Shown one piece after another: positions 20,319-31,236 of a stretch of DNA of 64,000 bases. Position numbers and translations under genes: made by a program. Origin of the DNA: a bacterium (GTDB taxonomy: Bacteria; UBA8248; JACPRG01; G963555815); contig CBDHDG010000006.1 in assembly GCA_965261595.1 (NCBI GenBank), positions 192,001 to 256,000 of the forward strand, given 5' to 3'. The notes beneath the pieces are model-generated. The model was not told the DNA's origin. It was given only the letters and a program-made list of their open reading frames with translations, and did not search any database. The stretch's first letter is position 1; every line of letters starts with the position of its first letter.

Positions 20319-20699
20319 ATGAACCGCCCCGACCTCGAAGGCGTGAAAAACCGCTTTCGCCTCTTCGTGACCACTTATGGGGAGGGTGGCCGCTCGGGAA
20401 CGGTGCCGGTCAATTTCCTGGTCCACGAGGGGCGCGTCTACTTCACGACGCGAAAGGCGAGCGTCAAGGCCCGGCGGATCCGAAAGGACCCACGCGTCAC
20501 CGTCCGCTTCGGCTCCCGCGACGCGAAACCTTTCGATGGGCGCGCCGCCTGGGTCGAGGACATGGCCCTTTATGACTTCATCCTCGCGCGCTGGCGGCGG
20601 AAGTACTGGTTCCTGTGGTGGGTGATGGGACGCGGCATCCGGTGCCGGAAGGAGAGCGGCGAAAGCACCGCCATCGAGATCACCTTCGAGGGCGGCTGA
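20319..20699 (+). CDS. Pyridoxamine 5'-phosphate oxidase-like (split-barrel, PPOX/F420-type) protein
   Basis: SGTVPVNFLVHEGRVYFTTRKASVKARRIRKDPRVTV. Confidence 0.7.
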   Translation: MNRPDLEGVKNRFRLFVTTYGEGGRSGTVPVNFLVHEGRVYFTTRKASVKARRIRKDPRVTVRFGSRDAKPFDGRAAWVEDMALYDFILARWRRKYWFLWWVMGRGIRCRKESGESTAIEITFEGG

Positions 20700-20752
20700 G
20701 CCGGCGGGACCGGAAGGAATGCCGCCCGCGATTTCAAGGAAGAGAAACGTAG

Positions 20753-20859
20753 GAATTGTAGGGACACCACACGAATTATGGGGACACCGCACCTCGAATT
20801 ATGGGGATACCATACCTAACTATTGGCTTTTGAGAAATAAGTATGGTGTCCCCGCAATT
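20753..20859. repeat. Cluster of RAYT-associated repeats (three direct, one inverted)
   Basis: GAATTRTRGGGAYACC at 20753, 20773 and 20796; inverted TAAGTATGGTGTCCCC at about 20838-20853; same motif as the 19818/20157 IRs. Confidence 0.7.
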
Positions 20860-21188
20860 GGTCCCAAGAGGTGCCCGTTGAGTTTCTCAATTTCGTTCGG
20901 CCTGATCGGCTTGCCTTCCTTATGCCTATACGTAAGCGCAGCCCGCACCACTTCGAGAATCAACCTCTCGAAATGCCCACGACGATGCTCGAGCGTTCGT
21001 TGAAGAAGAGCGGTAATCATTGGGAGCTTGCTTCCAGGCTGCCAGAAGTCACCAATTCCAGCTTTTTCCGCAACGGTTTTGAATGACACGTGACCCTTCC
21101 ATCCCGGGCTACCAGAACCGGGAAGGAAATCGTAGAGCAGGTCAGCCATGTCGGCGATGGCTCGGGATTCTTTTAAGATCAGTGGCAT
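20860..21188 (-). pseudogene. 5' fragment of a putative restriction endonuclease-associated protein, truncated at the repeat cluster
   Basis: MPLILKESRAIADMADLLYDFLPGSG...GSKLPMI...IEKLNGHLL; lower GC; the frame runs into the repeat array. Confidence 0.45.
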
Positions 21189-21237
21189 TTGAAGACCGAA
21201 GCCGGTTCCGTCGCCCAACGGTTGAGTTCAGGCACGC

Positions 21238-22642
21238 TGGACCGCCCCTGGGTTATTGGACACTCGGGTGAGGGTATTCGACCTCATGCGGCCTCCGCAA
21301 CTTGAGCGAGTTTTTCCTGCCTTGCCTGGGCCGGCGTTCGGTAGCCGTAGCCCTCGAGAATCCAATGATGGTTGTACAGGTTCTTGAACTCAAGCAGCGC
21401 CCACCGCAGTTCCTCTACGGTGGCGAAAGAGCGCACCCACAGGAGATTCTCCTTCAAGATGCGGATGAACCACTCACAGTAGCCATTTCCCTCGGGCGCC
21501 CGCACGAAGCTGGGCGAACTGGTCATGCCCAGGTAGGCGATCTCCCGCTGAAAGTCATCGGACAGATAGGCGGGGCCGTGGTCGTGACGAACTTTAAGCC
21601 CCTCGGCGACGTCCGCCTCCAAGCCGGCGAAGCGCTCGGCGACCCCCTGCCGGATCGGCTCCAGGGCCTCGAAGCGGTTGCCGCTCTTGGCCGCATGGAT
21701 CCCCACGCAGTCCACCGAGCAGTGATCCACCGCCACGAACACCGAGGCCATCCCCTCCTCGGTGGTCACCGTCGTCGTCATGTGCGTGCCCCACATTCGG
21801 TCGGGCCGCTCGGTGCGGATGGTCCCGTTGTGGGCCTTGGGACCTCGGGGTTTGCCCACCCGGTGAGGGGCCTGAAGCCCCGCCTCCCGCATCAGGCGAC
21901 GCACCCGCTCCTTGCTGGTGCGGATGCCCGCGAAGCGCAGCCTCGCCCACACCTTGCGGTAGCCCTCGCCATGGAAGGGAGAGTCCTCCAGGACCTGCCG
22001 GATGTGGCCGAGGAGTTCCGCATCGGTGCACGGGCCCACAGGGCCGCGCTTATTGGGCGTGGGGCGTTCATGAACGGGGACCGCCTCTCGCCGCCGTTGC
22101 GCGTAGACCGTGGAGCGCGCCAAGCCCCAAAGGGCGCACACCCGCTTCAGGCCGTAGGCTCTGCCCGTGGAGGTGAAGCGGGCCTGACTCATCGCCTCCA
22201 CCTCCTGCCGGCTAAAGGGCGGCCGGCCTCCAGGCGGTCGATCTTCTCCCGCAGGACCTCGCCCTCCATCGTGAGTTCGCCCACCTTGGCCTTGAGCCGG
22301 GCGTTCTCCTCGTCCCGCTCATCCGCCGGGCGGGCTTTGAGCGCCGCCTCGCCCGCGCGAAGGAACGCCTCGCGCCAGGCGGAAAGCCGAGCCGCTGTCG
22401 TGCCCAACTCGCGGCAGAGCGTCTCCAGGCTCTCGCCCCGCAAAAGACGCAGGACCGCCTCCCGCTTGCGCCTGGCAGGAGAACCGACCCCGCTCACTGC
22501 GATGCCCTGGGGCCTTGGCTCCGTTCGCCCTGCGGGCGCCCTCCGCCAAAGCCCCCTCTTGCTTTTGTTCGTTCATCGCGACACCCCTTTCTCCATGAAT
22601 CATGGATCAATCGAGTGTCCAACAAAACCCTAGAGCGGGGGA
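21238..22642 (-). mobile_element. IS3-family type A, copy 2 (orfA frameshifted, orfB catalytic-region D to H change)
   Basis: Nearly identical to copy 1; WGTHMT instead of WGTDMT; flanks ACGC / GTTG are not duplicated. Confidence 0.93.
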
Positions 22643-23412
22643 GTTGCCCCTTTTGAATTTCGCCGTTGGTGTAGGCTTGCTCGATCCGCAGAACCAGGTC
22701 AGGTTTCCGTGTGAGCGTCGGCCGCCCACACGGCCGCGGGGCGGACAACCCCGGGGGCTGGGTGTTCGCTGGCGGGGGCCTCACGGCTGAGGGTTTGTAG
22801 AGCTGCTCGGGCAGCGGGGTCAGGGGGACAGCCACCGTTTAAGTGGCGTAATGACGTGCCCCCCTACTGTCTCACGGTCCCTATCGGTAGGTTTCAAGAG
22901 GGCGCTGTGGGGTCCAGGGGGCGTTTTCAGACCAAAATCAGGGGTGTCAGCATGTATCAGATGCCCCCACCCCGGGTTTGCCCATTCGATTCCTCAAGAC
23001 TCCCTCTGCCTTTCATCAAGACTCCTTTTGTTCCCCGGTCCTTATACGTGAATCCATGAATGGATCGCCGTATCGATTGGGGGGTCCCGCCCCTTCGCTG
23101 AGGGGAGAAATGGGACCCAAAACAGGTGTCTATCGAGGTGTCTTCTGAGGGTGAATAAACACACACACACCCAACCAGCCTAAAGGAGTTTTCAGCATAG
23201 ATCTAATAACGTGAGGGGGTTCGGTGATAGGCTTGAGAATCCCGGAAGGCTTCTAATGCCTGTACAGTGCGCATGGTGTCGAGCCCGGAGCAATTTCTCC
23301 GTTTTTCTCCCATTTGTGGTTCTCTTGTCTGGGCGACGCGGGTATGATGGGCGCATTCATTCGGGCGTCTTCGGGCCGAAACGGTTACTGTGGCGGAAGG
23401 GAGAGGGAATCG

Positions 23413-24438
23413 ATGCGTGAAAGCGATGTCTGGCCCGCGCTCCGGGCCTATTGGCATCCGGTGTTGTACGCCCATGAGGTGGGCGATAAGCCCGTTCCGG
23501 TCACACTGCTCGGAGAGCGTCTGGCCGTGTGCAAGTTCGGCGATCGATACCGGGCCTTTTACGACCTTTGCATCCACCGGGGGACGCCCATCTCGTTGGG
23601 TCGGGTAGAAGGCGAGGAGGTCGTCTGTGCGTATCACGGCTGGTCATACAACCCCGAGGGGAAATGCACCCGCATCCCTTCCGTCCCGCCCGAGCATCCC
23701 ATCCCGAAGAAGGCGTGCCTGACGGCGTACCACACGGAGGAACGCTACGGGATCGTCTGGGTTTGCCTGGCCGATGAGCCCAAGGTGGACATTCCCGAGA
23801 TCCTGGAATTCGAAGATCCGAGTTTCGGGACCTTTCTGCGCTCCAAAAAAGCCTGGAAGAGCAGCGCGGCCCGGGTGATCGAGAACAGCGTCGATCAGGC
23901 CCATTTCGCCTGGGTGCACGAGGGCATTCTCGGATCGCGGGACGACACCCTGATGCCCAAGTTCCACCTGGAGCGGCAGGGGGAGGAGATGGTCTTCTGG
24001 TTCGAGAACCCCGCGGACGAATTCCACCTCGACCCCCACCGCCGCAGCTACCGGCTGAAGCGGCCGTTCACCATCCACCAGCGGAAAGAACAGCCCGACG
24101 GCCATGTCGAGGTGTACATCTTTACCTTCTGCCCGAATACGGACAAGGCGTGCACGCGGTTCATGCAGCTTTGCCGGAACTACGACCTGGACGCCCTGGA
24201 GGTGACGGACGGCCCGACGATCATCGACGGCGACGAGATCACCGGGCCCCCTTTGGGAGAGTCCGGAAAAACCCACGTCGAGATGCAGGAGACGATCTTT
24301 GCGCAGGACCACGCCATCGTGTCACAGCAGCGGCCCGAGGAGCTTCCTCTGGACCTGACCGAGGAGCTTCACGTAAAGGGGCCGGACAGCATCTCTTTAG
24401 CCTACCGGCGGATGATGCGGGAAGTCGGCGTCGAGTGA
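23413..24438 (+). CDS. Rieske non-heme iron oxygenase alpha subunit, paralog of 13247-14245
   Basis: CIHRG...CAYHGW, ENSVDQAHFAWVH, QRPEELPLDL. Confidence 0.9.
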   Translation: MRESDVWPALRAYWHPVLYAHEVGDKPVPVTLLGERLAVCKFGDRYRAFYDLCIHRGTPISLGRVEGEEVVCAYHGWSYNPEGKCTRIPSVPPEHPIPKKACLTAYHTEERYGIVWVCLADEPKVDIPEILEFEDPSFGTFLRSKKAWKSSAARVIENSVDQAHFAWVHEGILGSRDDTLMPKFHLERQGEEMVFWFENPADEFHLDPHRRSYRLKRPFTIHQRKEQPDGHVEVYIFTFCPNTDKACTRFMQLCRNYDLDALEVTDGPTIIDGDEITGPPLGESGKTHVEMQETIFAQDHAIVSQQRPEELPLDLTEELHVKGPDSISLAYRRMMREVGVE

Positions 24439-24590
24439 AGGCGGGTGGACGGTTTCATGGGTGGTCGTTTTTGGGGTTTCCGCCCATCCTCGAAATCTGT
24501 TTGATCCCCGCCTGCGCGGGGACGGTGTTTTGTGGGTAATCGAAGTCCACGAAAACCAAAAGCTACGTAAAAAAGCCTAGAGGAGAAACA

Positions 24591-25058
24591 ATGCCCGAGC
24601 TCCCTTATGACGAGAAGAATTTCTGGAACCGGGTGACGGTTCGCAGTGTTCAGAACAAGCAAAGCCAGATCACGGTCGGCGGGGTTCACTCTTTCATCGG
24701 GGACGAGCCTCCGGCGCTCGGCGGGGACGGCCTCGGGCCGAATCCCTTCACGCTCGTGGTGGCGGGTCTCGGGCTCTGAACGGTCGTTACGCTGCGGGAC
24801 GCGGCGCGAATCCTGAACATCCCCCTCGACGACATCGAGGTGACACTCACCTTCAAGGCGAACCTGCCCCCCGGTCAAGACCCCCTCGCCATCGACCGGA
24901 CGCGCAAGCTTCGCATCGCGAAGATCCGCCGGGAGATTCGTCTGATTGGAAACCTGACCGAACAGGAGAAGGCGGGTTTGATGGAAGAGGCGGCCTGCTG
25001 CCCGGTTCACAACACCCTTCGCCAGGGCATGAAGATCGAAGACGCGGAGGTTGCTTGA
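24591..25058 (+). CDS. OsmC/Ohr-like selenoprotein (Sec at the UGA, 24777-24779), 155 aa
   Basis: ORFs 24591-24779 and 24840-25058 are in the same frame; read-through gives DEPPALGGDGLGPNPFTLVVAGLGL-U-TVVTLR...CCPVHNTL, placing U at the first conserved OsmC Cys. Confidence 0.88.
24780..24812 (+). promoter_or_regulatory. Putative bacterial SECIS element of the OsmC-like gene
   Basis: CGCUGCG-GGA-CGCGGCG hairpin with a G-containing loop starting about 17 nt after the UGA. Confidence 0.6.
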
Positions 25059-25427
25059 TCCGGTGACGGCAATCCGAATTCAGGGCGGGCGCCTCCGGGC
25101 TTCGGTTGGAGGAATTTCTCTCCCCGTGTGATGTTCATGGTCGTAGATGCCGAATTGAGATTCTCATCCCGTAGGTGCCGTCCTCCGGCTCGTCGACAAC
25201 GTTTGGGACGGGGAGGCGGGCGCGCTCCTCTGGTTTTTCGCGTACTTCTTTTTCCTGCTGTGCGCCTACTACATCCTCCGCCCCCTGTTCGGGGCGGCGG
25301 CGGCTCGGTTTTCGAGGCGATGGCTCCTTCCGGTCGTCTATGGATTCTTTATCTCCAACATTCTGATTTTTTATGGCCTCTTTCGAACTCGCGTCGAGAT
25401 TTCGTACGTTGCGCCGGCGTTTTTTAT

Positions 25428-27885
25428 GGGAATTATATATGACAGTTGACACGGGGAGGGGTAAAGCAATTAAGGAATGAGAGGGGATAGCTCACTTCTT
25501 GGGTTGATGTCAAGTGTTTTTTGGTTGACATTTCCATTACAGGTTAGGATATAATCCCCCCACACAAGGTGAAGGAGACTGCCCATGGAGAGAGACCCTG
25601 GCCTCACCGAACAGGAAAAGCTGGACAGGGTGGCAGAGCGGATATTCTGCACCCAAAAGACCGACGAAGACCCCCCAACGCCCACCAAGGAAGACCTGGA
25701 GCGGCCATTCAGAATCTCATTCAGGAACGGTCAGCCGGTTTTCGAGGAAGCTAAAAACGGGTAGAGATTCATTGAGGTGCGTCAGAACCACGATAACGCC
25801 TATGTGGTGCGGTAGAACCGCGGGGTAATCTGTTCCCCTGTCTTACCCTCAGCACAACCATATCCGCTTCAGCTAATATGATGAAGCGCCTGGAGAAACA
25901 AGGGGTGGTGGACGTTTTCGCGATAGCTCTAATTCAGCCAAATCCGTCGGTTACTAACTTGATCCGAACCAACTTCCCAATCCCCCGCTCTAGGGTTTTG
26001 TTGGACACTCGATTGATCCATGATTCATGGAGAAAGGGGTGTCGCGATGAACGAACAAAAGCAAGAGGGGGCTTTGGCGGAGGGCGCCCGTAGGGCGAAC
26101 GGAGCCAAGGCCCCAGGGCATCGCGCAGTGAGCGGGGTCGGTTCTCCTGCCAGCGCAAGCGGGAGGCGGTCCTGCGTCTTTTGCGGGGCGAGAGCCTGGA
26201 GACGCTCTGCCGCGAGTTGGGCACGACAGCGGCTCGGCTTTCCGCCTGGCGCGAGGCGTTCCTTCGCGGGGGCGAGGCGGCGCTCAAAGCCCGCCCGGCG
26301 GATGAGCGGGACGAGGAGAACGCCCGGCTCAAGGCCAAGGTGGGCGAACTCACGATGGAGGGCGAGGTCCTGCGGGAGAAGATCGACCGCCTGGAGGCCG
26401 GCCGCCCTTTAGCCGGCAGGAGGTGGAGGCGATGAGTCAGGCCCGCTTCACCTCCACGGGCAGAGCCTACGGCCTGAAGCGGGTGTGCGCCCTTTGGGGC
26501 TTGGCGCGCTCCACGGTCTACGCGCAACGGCGGCGAGAGGCGGTCCCCGTTCATGAACGCCCCACGCCCAATAAGCGCGGCCCTGTGGGCCCGTGCACCG
26601 ATGCGGAACTCCTCGGCCACATCCGGCAGGTCCTGGAGGACTCTCCCTTCCATGGCGAGGGCTACCGCAAGGTGTGGGCGAGGCTGCGCTTCGCGGGCAT
26701 CCGCACCAGCAAGGAGCGGGTGCGTCGCCTGATGCGGGAGGCGGGGCTTCAGGCCCCCCACCGGGTGGGCAAACCCCGAGGTCCCAAGGCCCACAACGGG
26801 ACCATCCGCACCGAGCGGCCCGACCGAATGTGGGGCACGCACATGACGACGACGGTGACCACCGAGGAGGGGATGGCCTCGGTGTTCGTGGCGGTGGATC
26901 ACTGCTCGGTGGACTGCGTGGGGATCCATGCGGCCAAGAGCGGCAACCGCTTCGAGGCCCTGGAGCCGATCCGGCAGGGGGTCGCCGAGCGCTTCGCCGG
27001 CTTGGAGGCGGACGTCGCCGAGGGGCTTAAAGTTCGTCACGACCACGGCCCCGCCTATCTGTCCGATGACTTTCAGCGGGAGATCGCCTACCTGGGCATG
27101 ACCAGTTCGCCCAGCTTCGTGCGGGCGCCCGAGGGAAATGGCTACTGTGAGTGGTTTATCCGCATCTTGAAGGAGAATCTCCTGTGGGTGCGCTCTTTCG
27201 CCACCGTAGAGGAACTGCGGTGGGCGCTGCTTGAGTTCAAAAACCTGTACAACCATCATTGGATTCTCGAGGGCTACGGCTACCGAACGCCGGCCCAGGC
27301 AAGGCAGGAAAAACTCGCTCAAGTTGCGGAGGCCGCATGAGGTCGAATACCCTCACCCGAGTGTCCAATAACCCAGGGGCGGTCCACTTCTATGCCGTCT
27401 CCGCAAGCAAGCCGCAATCTGTGGAGAATGTACCAAGCCGTTGTCTGCGTGACATCAAGCTCCTTGCTCAACTGCAAACTGCTCACGCCCTTGCGGGCCG
27501 TCATGAGCATATAGGCGGCCATGATCCATTTGCGCGGGGAAACCTTGGAATACTCAAGAGGGGTGTTCGTGAATGCCGTGAAGTATTTTCGGCAATCTCC
27601 GCACCAATAACGGCCTGGATGTTTTTTCTGTTCGGTGATCTTCTTGAAGCCGCCGCAACGGACGCAGACCGGCTTTTTGCCCCAGCGGAGTTCCTCGAAA
27701 TATATGCGGGCTTTGTGGTCTGTGGAGTATTTCTGATTCAGTTCGAAAATTCCGATGGTCTTTGCGATGCGTTTCATTTTCTCCGTTTCCCCTTTCTACT
27801 ATATAATATAGGGCTTGACGGAGACTATATCAACTCTTCTTTTTAAGTTTAGCGTGGTATTTGTCAACTCTCCTATATAAATCCC
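25428..27885 (-). mobile_element. IS1595-family element, disrupted by IS3 copy 3 (truncated transposase 27387-27777)
   Basis: Terminal IRs GGGAATTATATATGACAGTTGACA / GGGATTTATATAGGAGAGTTGACA; Zn-ribbon CVRC...CGDC and KGVSSLQLSKELDVTQTTAW...HRLR. Confidence 0.8.
25981..27386 (+). mobile_element. IS3-family type A, copy 3 (orfA frameshifted, WGTHMT variant)
   Basis: Nearly identical to copy 1; flanks CCAA / CTTC are not duplicated. Confidence 0.93.
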
Positions 27886-27886
27886 C

Positions 27887-28719
27887 TCCTTAGGGGATGG
27901 TCGTTTTGCGTCGAAGGGCTATTATCCCGAATCTGGGCAACGATCCGCTCCAACTCTTCCACCACCCCCGAGGAGGCGTCAATATTGGAGGGCCGAAGCC
28001 GAGCGCACAAAAGGAAATCCCCGCAGAAGATGTAAAGCGGAAGGTAGCAGTAATGACCGTGATAGCCGTGGAAGAAACGCCCCTCCTGACAGCCGTGCAC
28101 CGGGTCGTCGGTGGCGTCGATGTCCAAAACGATCCGACCCGGCGCCCGCCTCTGCGACCGAAGGAAGCCCTCCACCAACAGCCGGTCGATCGCCTCGCCT
28201 CGGTAGGCGATCTTGTGGTAGCGCTCATCGCCATCGCCCGCAAGACGCTCCAAACGGTTCAGCGTGCTCTTGCCCGCAAGGGCCGGACCCCCCTTGCGCC
28301 GCGTGGCCTCCAGCTTGCCCGAGAGGATCTGGAGCATCGGGTCAAAGCGAAGCCGCTCGTGGTCATTGACGTCCTCATAGCCAAGCGCCAGCGCGTACAC
28401 CCGCTGCCGCAACAACGCCCACAACTCATCTTCCACCCGCCTCGCGTCCCGACCGTCCTCAAAACAGGCCGCGAAGCCTGCGATCAGCTTCACCCGCCCC
28501 TCGGTGTCGCGTAGCAAAAGACCGCCCGCATCAGAGGTGATCGCCCCGCCGTTGGAAGTGGCGATCACACGCCGAGAACCCAACCCTTGGAATTCCATCT
28601 GTTCTGCGATACACTGTGTGCGAGTCAAGTCGGTCTCCTTTCTTCGGGCAACCCGTTGATCAAAAAGAGTTTACCCGAAAAAAACCGGCTTGGCTCTCTT
28701 TCTTTGTGAGATATCCAGG
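27887..28719 (-). mobile_element. Partial IS1380-family element (5' half of the transposase, 27873-28628)
   Basis: GGAITSDAGGLLL, GYEDVNDHERLRFDP, LDIDATDDPVHG; end CCTGGATATCTCAC. Confidence 0.85.
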
Positions 28720-28799
28720 CTAAACGCAGCACGGCGCAGGCGTAGTGTCCAGAGAGCAGCGTTCACGATCCTCTTCAGGGAGCCGTCGCACAACATTAT

Positions 28800-30492
28800 C
28801 CGGGATTTCCCAGATGACCACTCTTAGCCATCCTGCGGTCCTCCTGTGTCATCAAAGTACCCCATTTTACTACAGATTCAGGGTCTCTTTGCAGAACCCT
28901 CTGCTCAATCGAGGGGCAACGGCCGTCCTAAAGCCGCAATCCCTTGAAAACCCAGCTCTACCGGCACACTCAGGGGAGTTCGGCACAGACTGATCCCCCG
29001 TCTCCACCACGTCACTAAGCTTCCGGGCCATCTGCTCCGTCATCCGGTATCTGGTACGGGAGGCGGTAACCACAACCGTCGAATTCGTTCAAGGATTGCC
29101 CTGAACAGTTGACGCGGCACGGCCACCTCGGCCATCTGGAAGGTGGTGTGCCGGGCGTGGGTGACCACCTTGGCCCCAATCTTAATCAGCTTCTCGCGTA
29201 ACGTCGTCAGCGACCAGTGCTTCACCGCTCTGGGCAACGCCAGCCGCCGCAGGAAGTTTGCCAGGTTGTACGCCAAGGCAAATAGTTGCAAGCGAACCTG
29301 GTTCTCTTCAAAGCCGTGGCAGGACAGGCGCGTCCAGTTCAGGGCGTACTTGCCCTCCTTGATCCACTGCTCCGCCGTCCCACGCTGGTTGTAGAACCTC
29401 ACGACGTTCTCTTCCCGCCAGTGCAGGTTGGTCACGATGAAGCTGACTCTTGGAAACAACTCGCCCTGGTGCCACTCGACCGCCACCACCACCCGGCGAG
29501 GCTTCTCCCAACTAGCCGCCTGATAGGAGACGCTGTGGTAGAAGATAATGGGCCTTTTGGGCGGTCGGCCAACCGGCCGGGTCAGAAGGTATTCGATGTC
29601 CCTGTACAAGATGGCGTTGGCCGGAAGCCGAATCGCATAGGAGTAGCCCTCCGCCTCAAGGTATCGGTACACCTCCGGCTTGGCAAATGCCGCGTCGCCT
29701 CGAAAAAACCGACAGACCTTCGCATCCCGGTAGCGAGCTACCACCGGCTCCAATACAGACCACCAGTCATCAGCGCTGTGGACCTTGCCGTTGCGCAACA
29801 GCGCCCGCTCCAGATCGCCAAACTGGTTGAAGCAAAACAGTGGGTGATAGCAGGTGCAGCCGAAGTGGCCGTTGTAGGAAGAGCCTTCCTGCTCACCGTG
29901 GGTCGGGCTGACCGAACTGTCCATGTCCAGGATCAGCTTGCGAATCGGCTTGCGTTTGCGGACACGATCCACCAACACACCGGGCAGACCGCTCAGCGCC
30001 TTGAGGTTAAGGGGCCGGGTGAGGGTCTGCGTCTCGAATCGGCTCATCTGGCTGGTGGAGGCAGCGGTGTGATACTTCGCTCGCCCCCCAACCACCTGAC
30101 GCATGGCGGGATCGACACAGAGCCGCTCGGCATCATTGGTGTCTTTATATCCTGCCAGGCGGCTGTAGACCGACTGGCGCACCAAAGCGGTGAGGCTGTG
30201 CCGGGTGTTCCCGCCCGTCCGTGAATCGGACAGAAACCCCTCGGCCGCCTTCGTCAGCCCCAACACCTCATCCAGTTCACGATAGGCAAGCAAACCGGCG
30301 TCACTCGTAACCTTTGCTCCGTGAAACTCCAGCCTGAGCCGACCGTCGAATTGGAGCCTCAACGGCCTCTTTTTCGCTTCACCCATCGGGTCCCCTCGCA
30401 AGATGATGGCAGGGAGAGGCCAACACCTTGATTTTACACGAGAAAACGGCCTTCGGGGCGTTAAAAATTATCATCCATATGGGAAATGCGGG
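28800..30492 (-). mobile_element. IS1380-family element, complete (transposase 29040-30386)
   Basis: [34 protein letters not shown]; IRs CCCGCATTTCCCATATG / CCGGGATTTCCCAGATG; 5-bp duplication ATTAT (28795-28799 / 30493-30497). Confidence 0.95.
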
Positions 30493-30596
30493 ATTATATG
30501 AAAAAGGACGGGGAAAGGGGGACCGCTTCAGGAACAGGTGCATCCTGACCGCGCGAGTCTCAAGCGGGGAGCACTCGGGGGTAACCGCGCCGGTCC

Positions 30597-31133
30597 GTCA
30601 TTCCCGCGTGCTTCAGGCAGGCTTCGCGGGAATGACGGGGTTAAGCTTTCCGATGAGATCCTGAACCATTCGGTCACCCCCGTAAGTTTCAGGCAGGGTT
30701 CCACTTTCTGGATTCCCGCCGGAGCCTGTCCCCGCATGTATCCAGCGGGGGCAGGAATGACAGACATGCGCCCTCTCGACCCCTTGCACTCAGGCGGCGT
30801 GCCTGCTCCCGATCGTTTCTGTCGGGGACCCGTTGCATGGATTCCCGCTTTCGCGGGAATGACAAGCTGAGGGTCTGGAAGGTAGTAGTCGGGGATCCAG
30901 GAGCAGAAACCGCCCCATCCGGTCTGTCACCCCTGCAACACCCGCCCGTCATTCCCACGGAGGCAACCGGAGCCGGTCATTCCTGATGCAGCCACCCCGG
31001 CCTGTCATTCCCGCGGAAGCGGGAATCCAGTGCGGGGGTCCGAGCCAGTCACCATCCTGCTCTTGAAGGTTTCAGAGCTGGGGTTCAAGGCCGATGCACG
31101 CAGTGGACCCCCGATTTAGGCACTCGGGGTGAC
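30597..31133. repeat. Array of ATTCCC-Nn-GGGAAT (dRS3-like) palindromic repeats
   Basis: For example TGGATTCCCGCTTTCGCGGGAATGAC (about 30838) and GTCATTCCCGCGGAAGCGGGAATCCA (about 31004), plus expanded variants. Confidence 0.75.
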
Positions 31134-31236
31134 GGACCGGAGGCGGCGGCTTCCTTCGCCGATCCAACGAAGACCTTGTAGAGATCGTGTGATGCGGGAC
31201 GGGGGACAGGCGAATGGCGGCGCGCCGAGCCGGACC

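Noticed and set aside
20753..20859. Short repeat-spacer array as a CRISPR
   Set aside because: Repeats are about 16 bp with 4-7 nt spacers, there are no cas genes, and the motif matches the RAYT-type IRs
21238..27386. IS3 copies 2 and 3 as a proven composite transposon carrying the Rieske and OsmC genes
   Set aside because: The outer flanks (ACGC / CTTC) are not duplicated and copy 3 lies inside an IS1595 element
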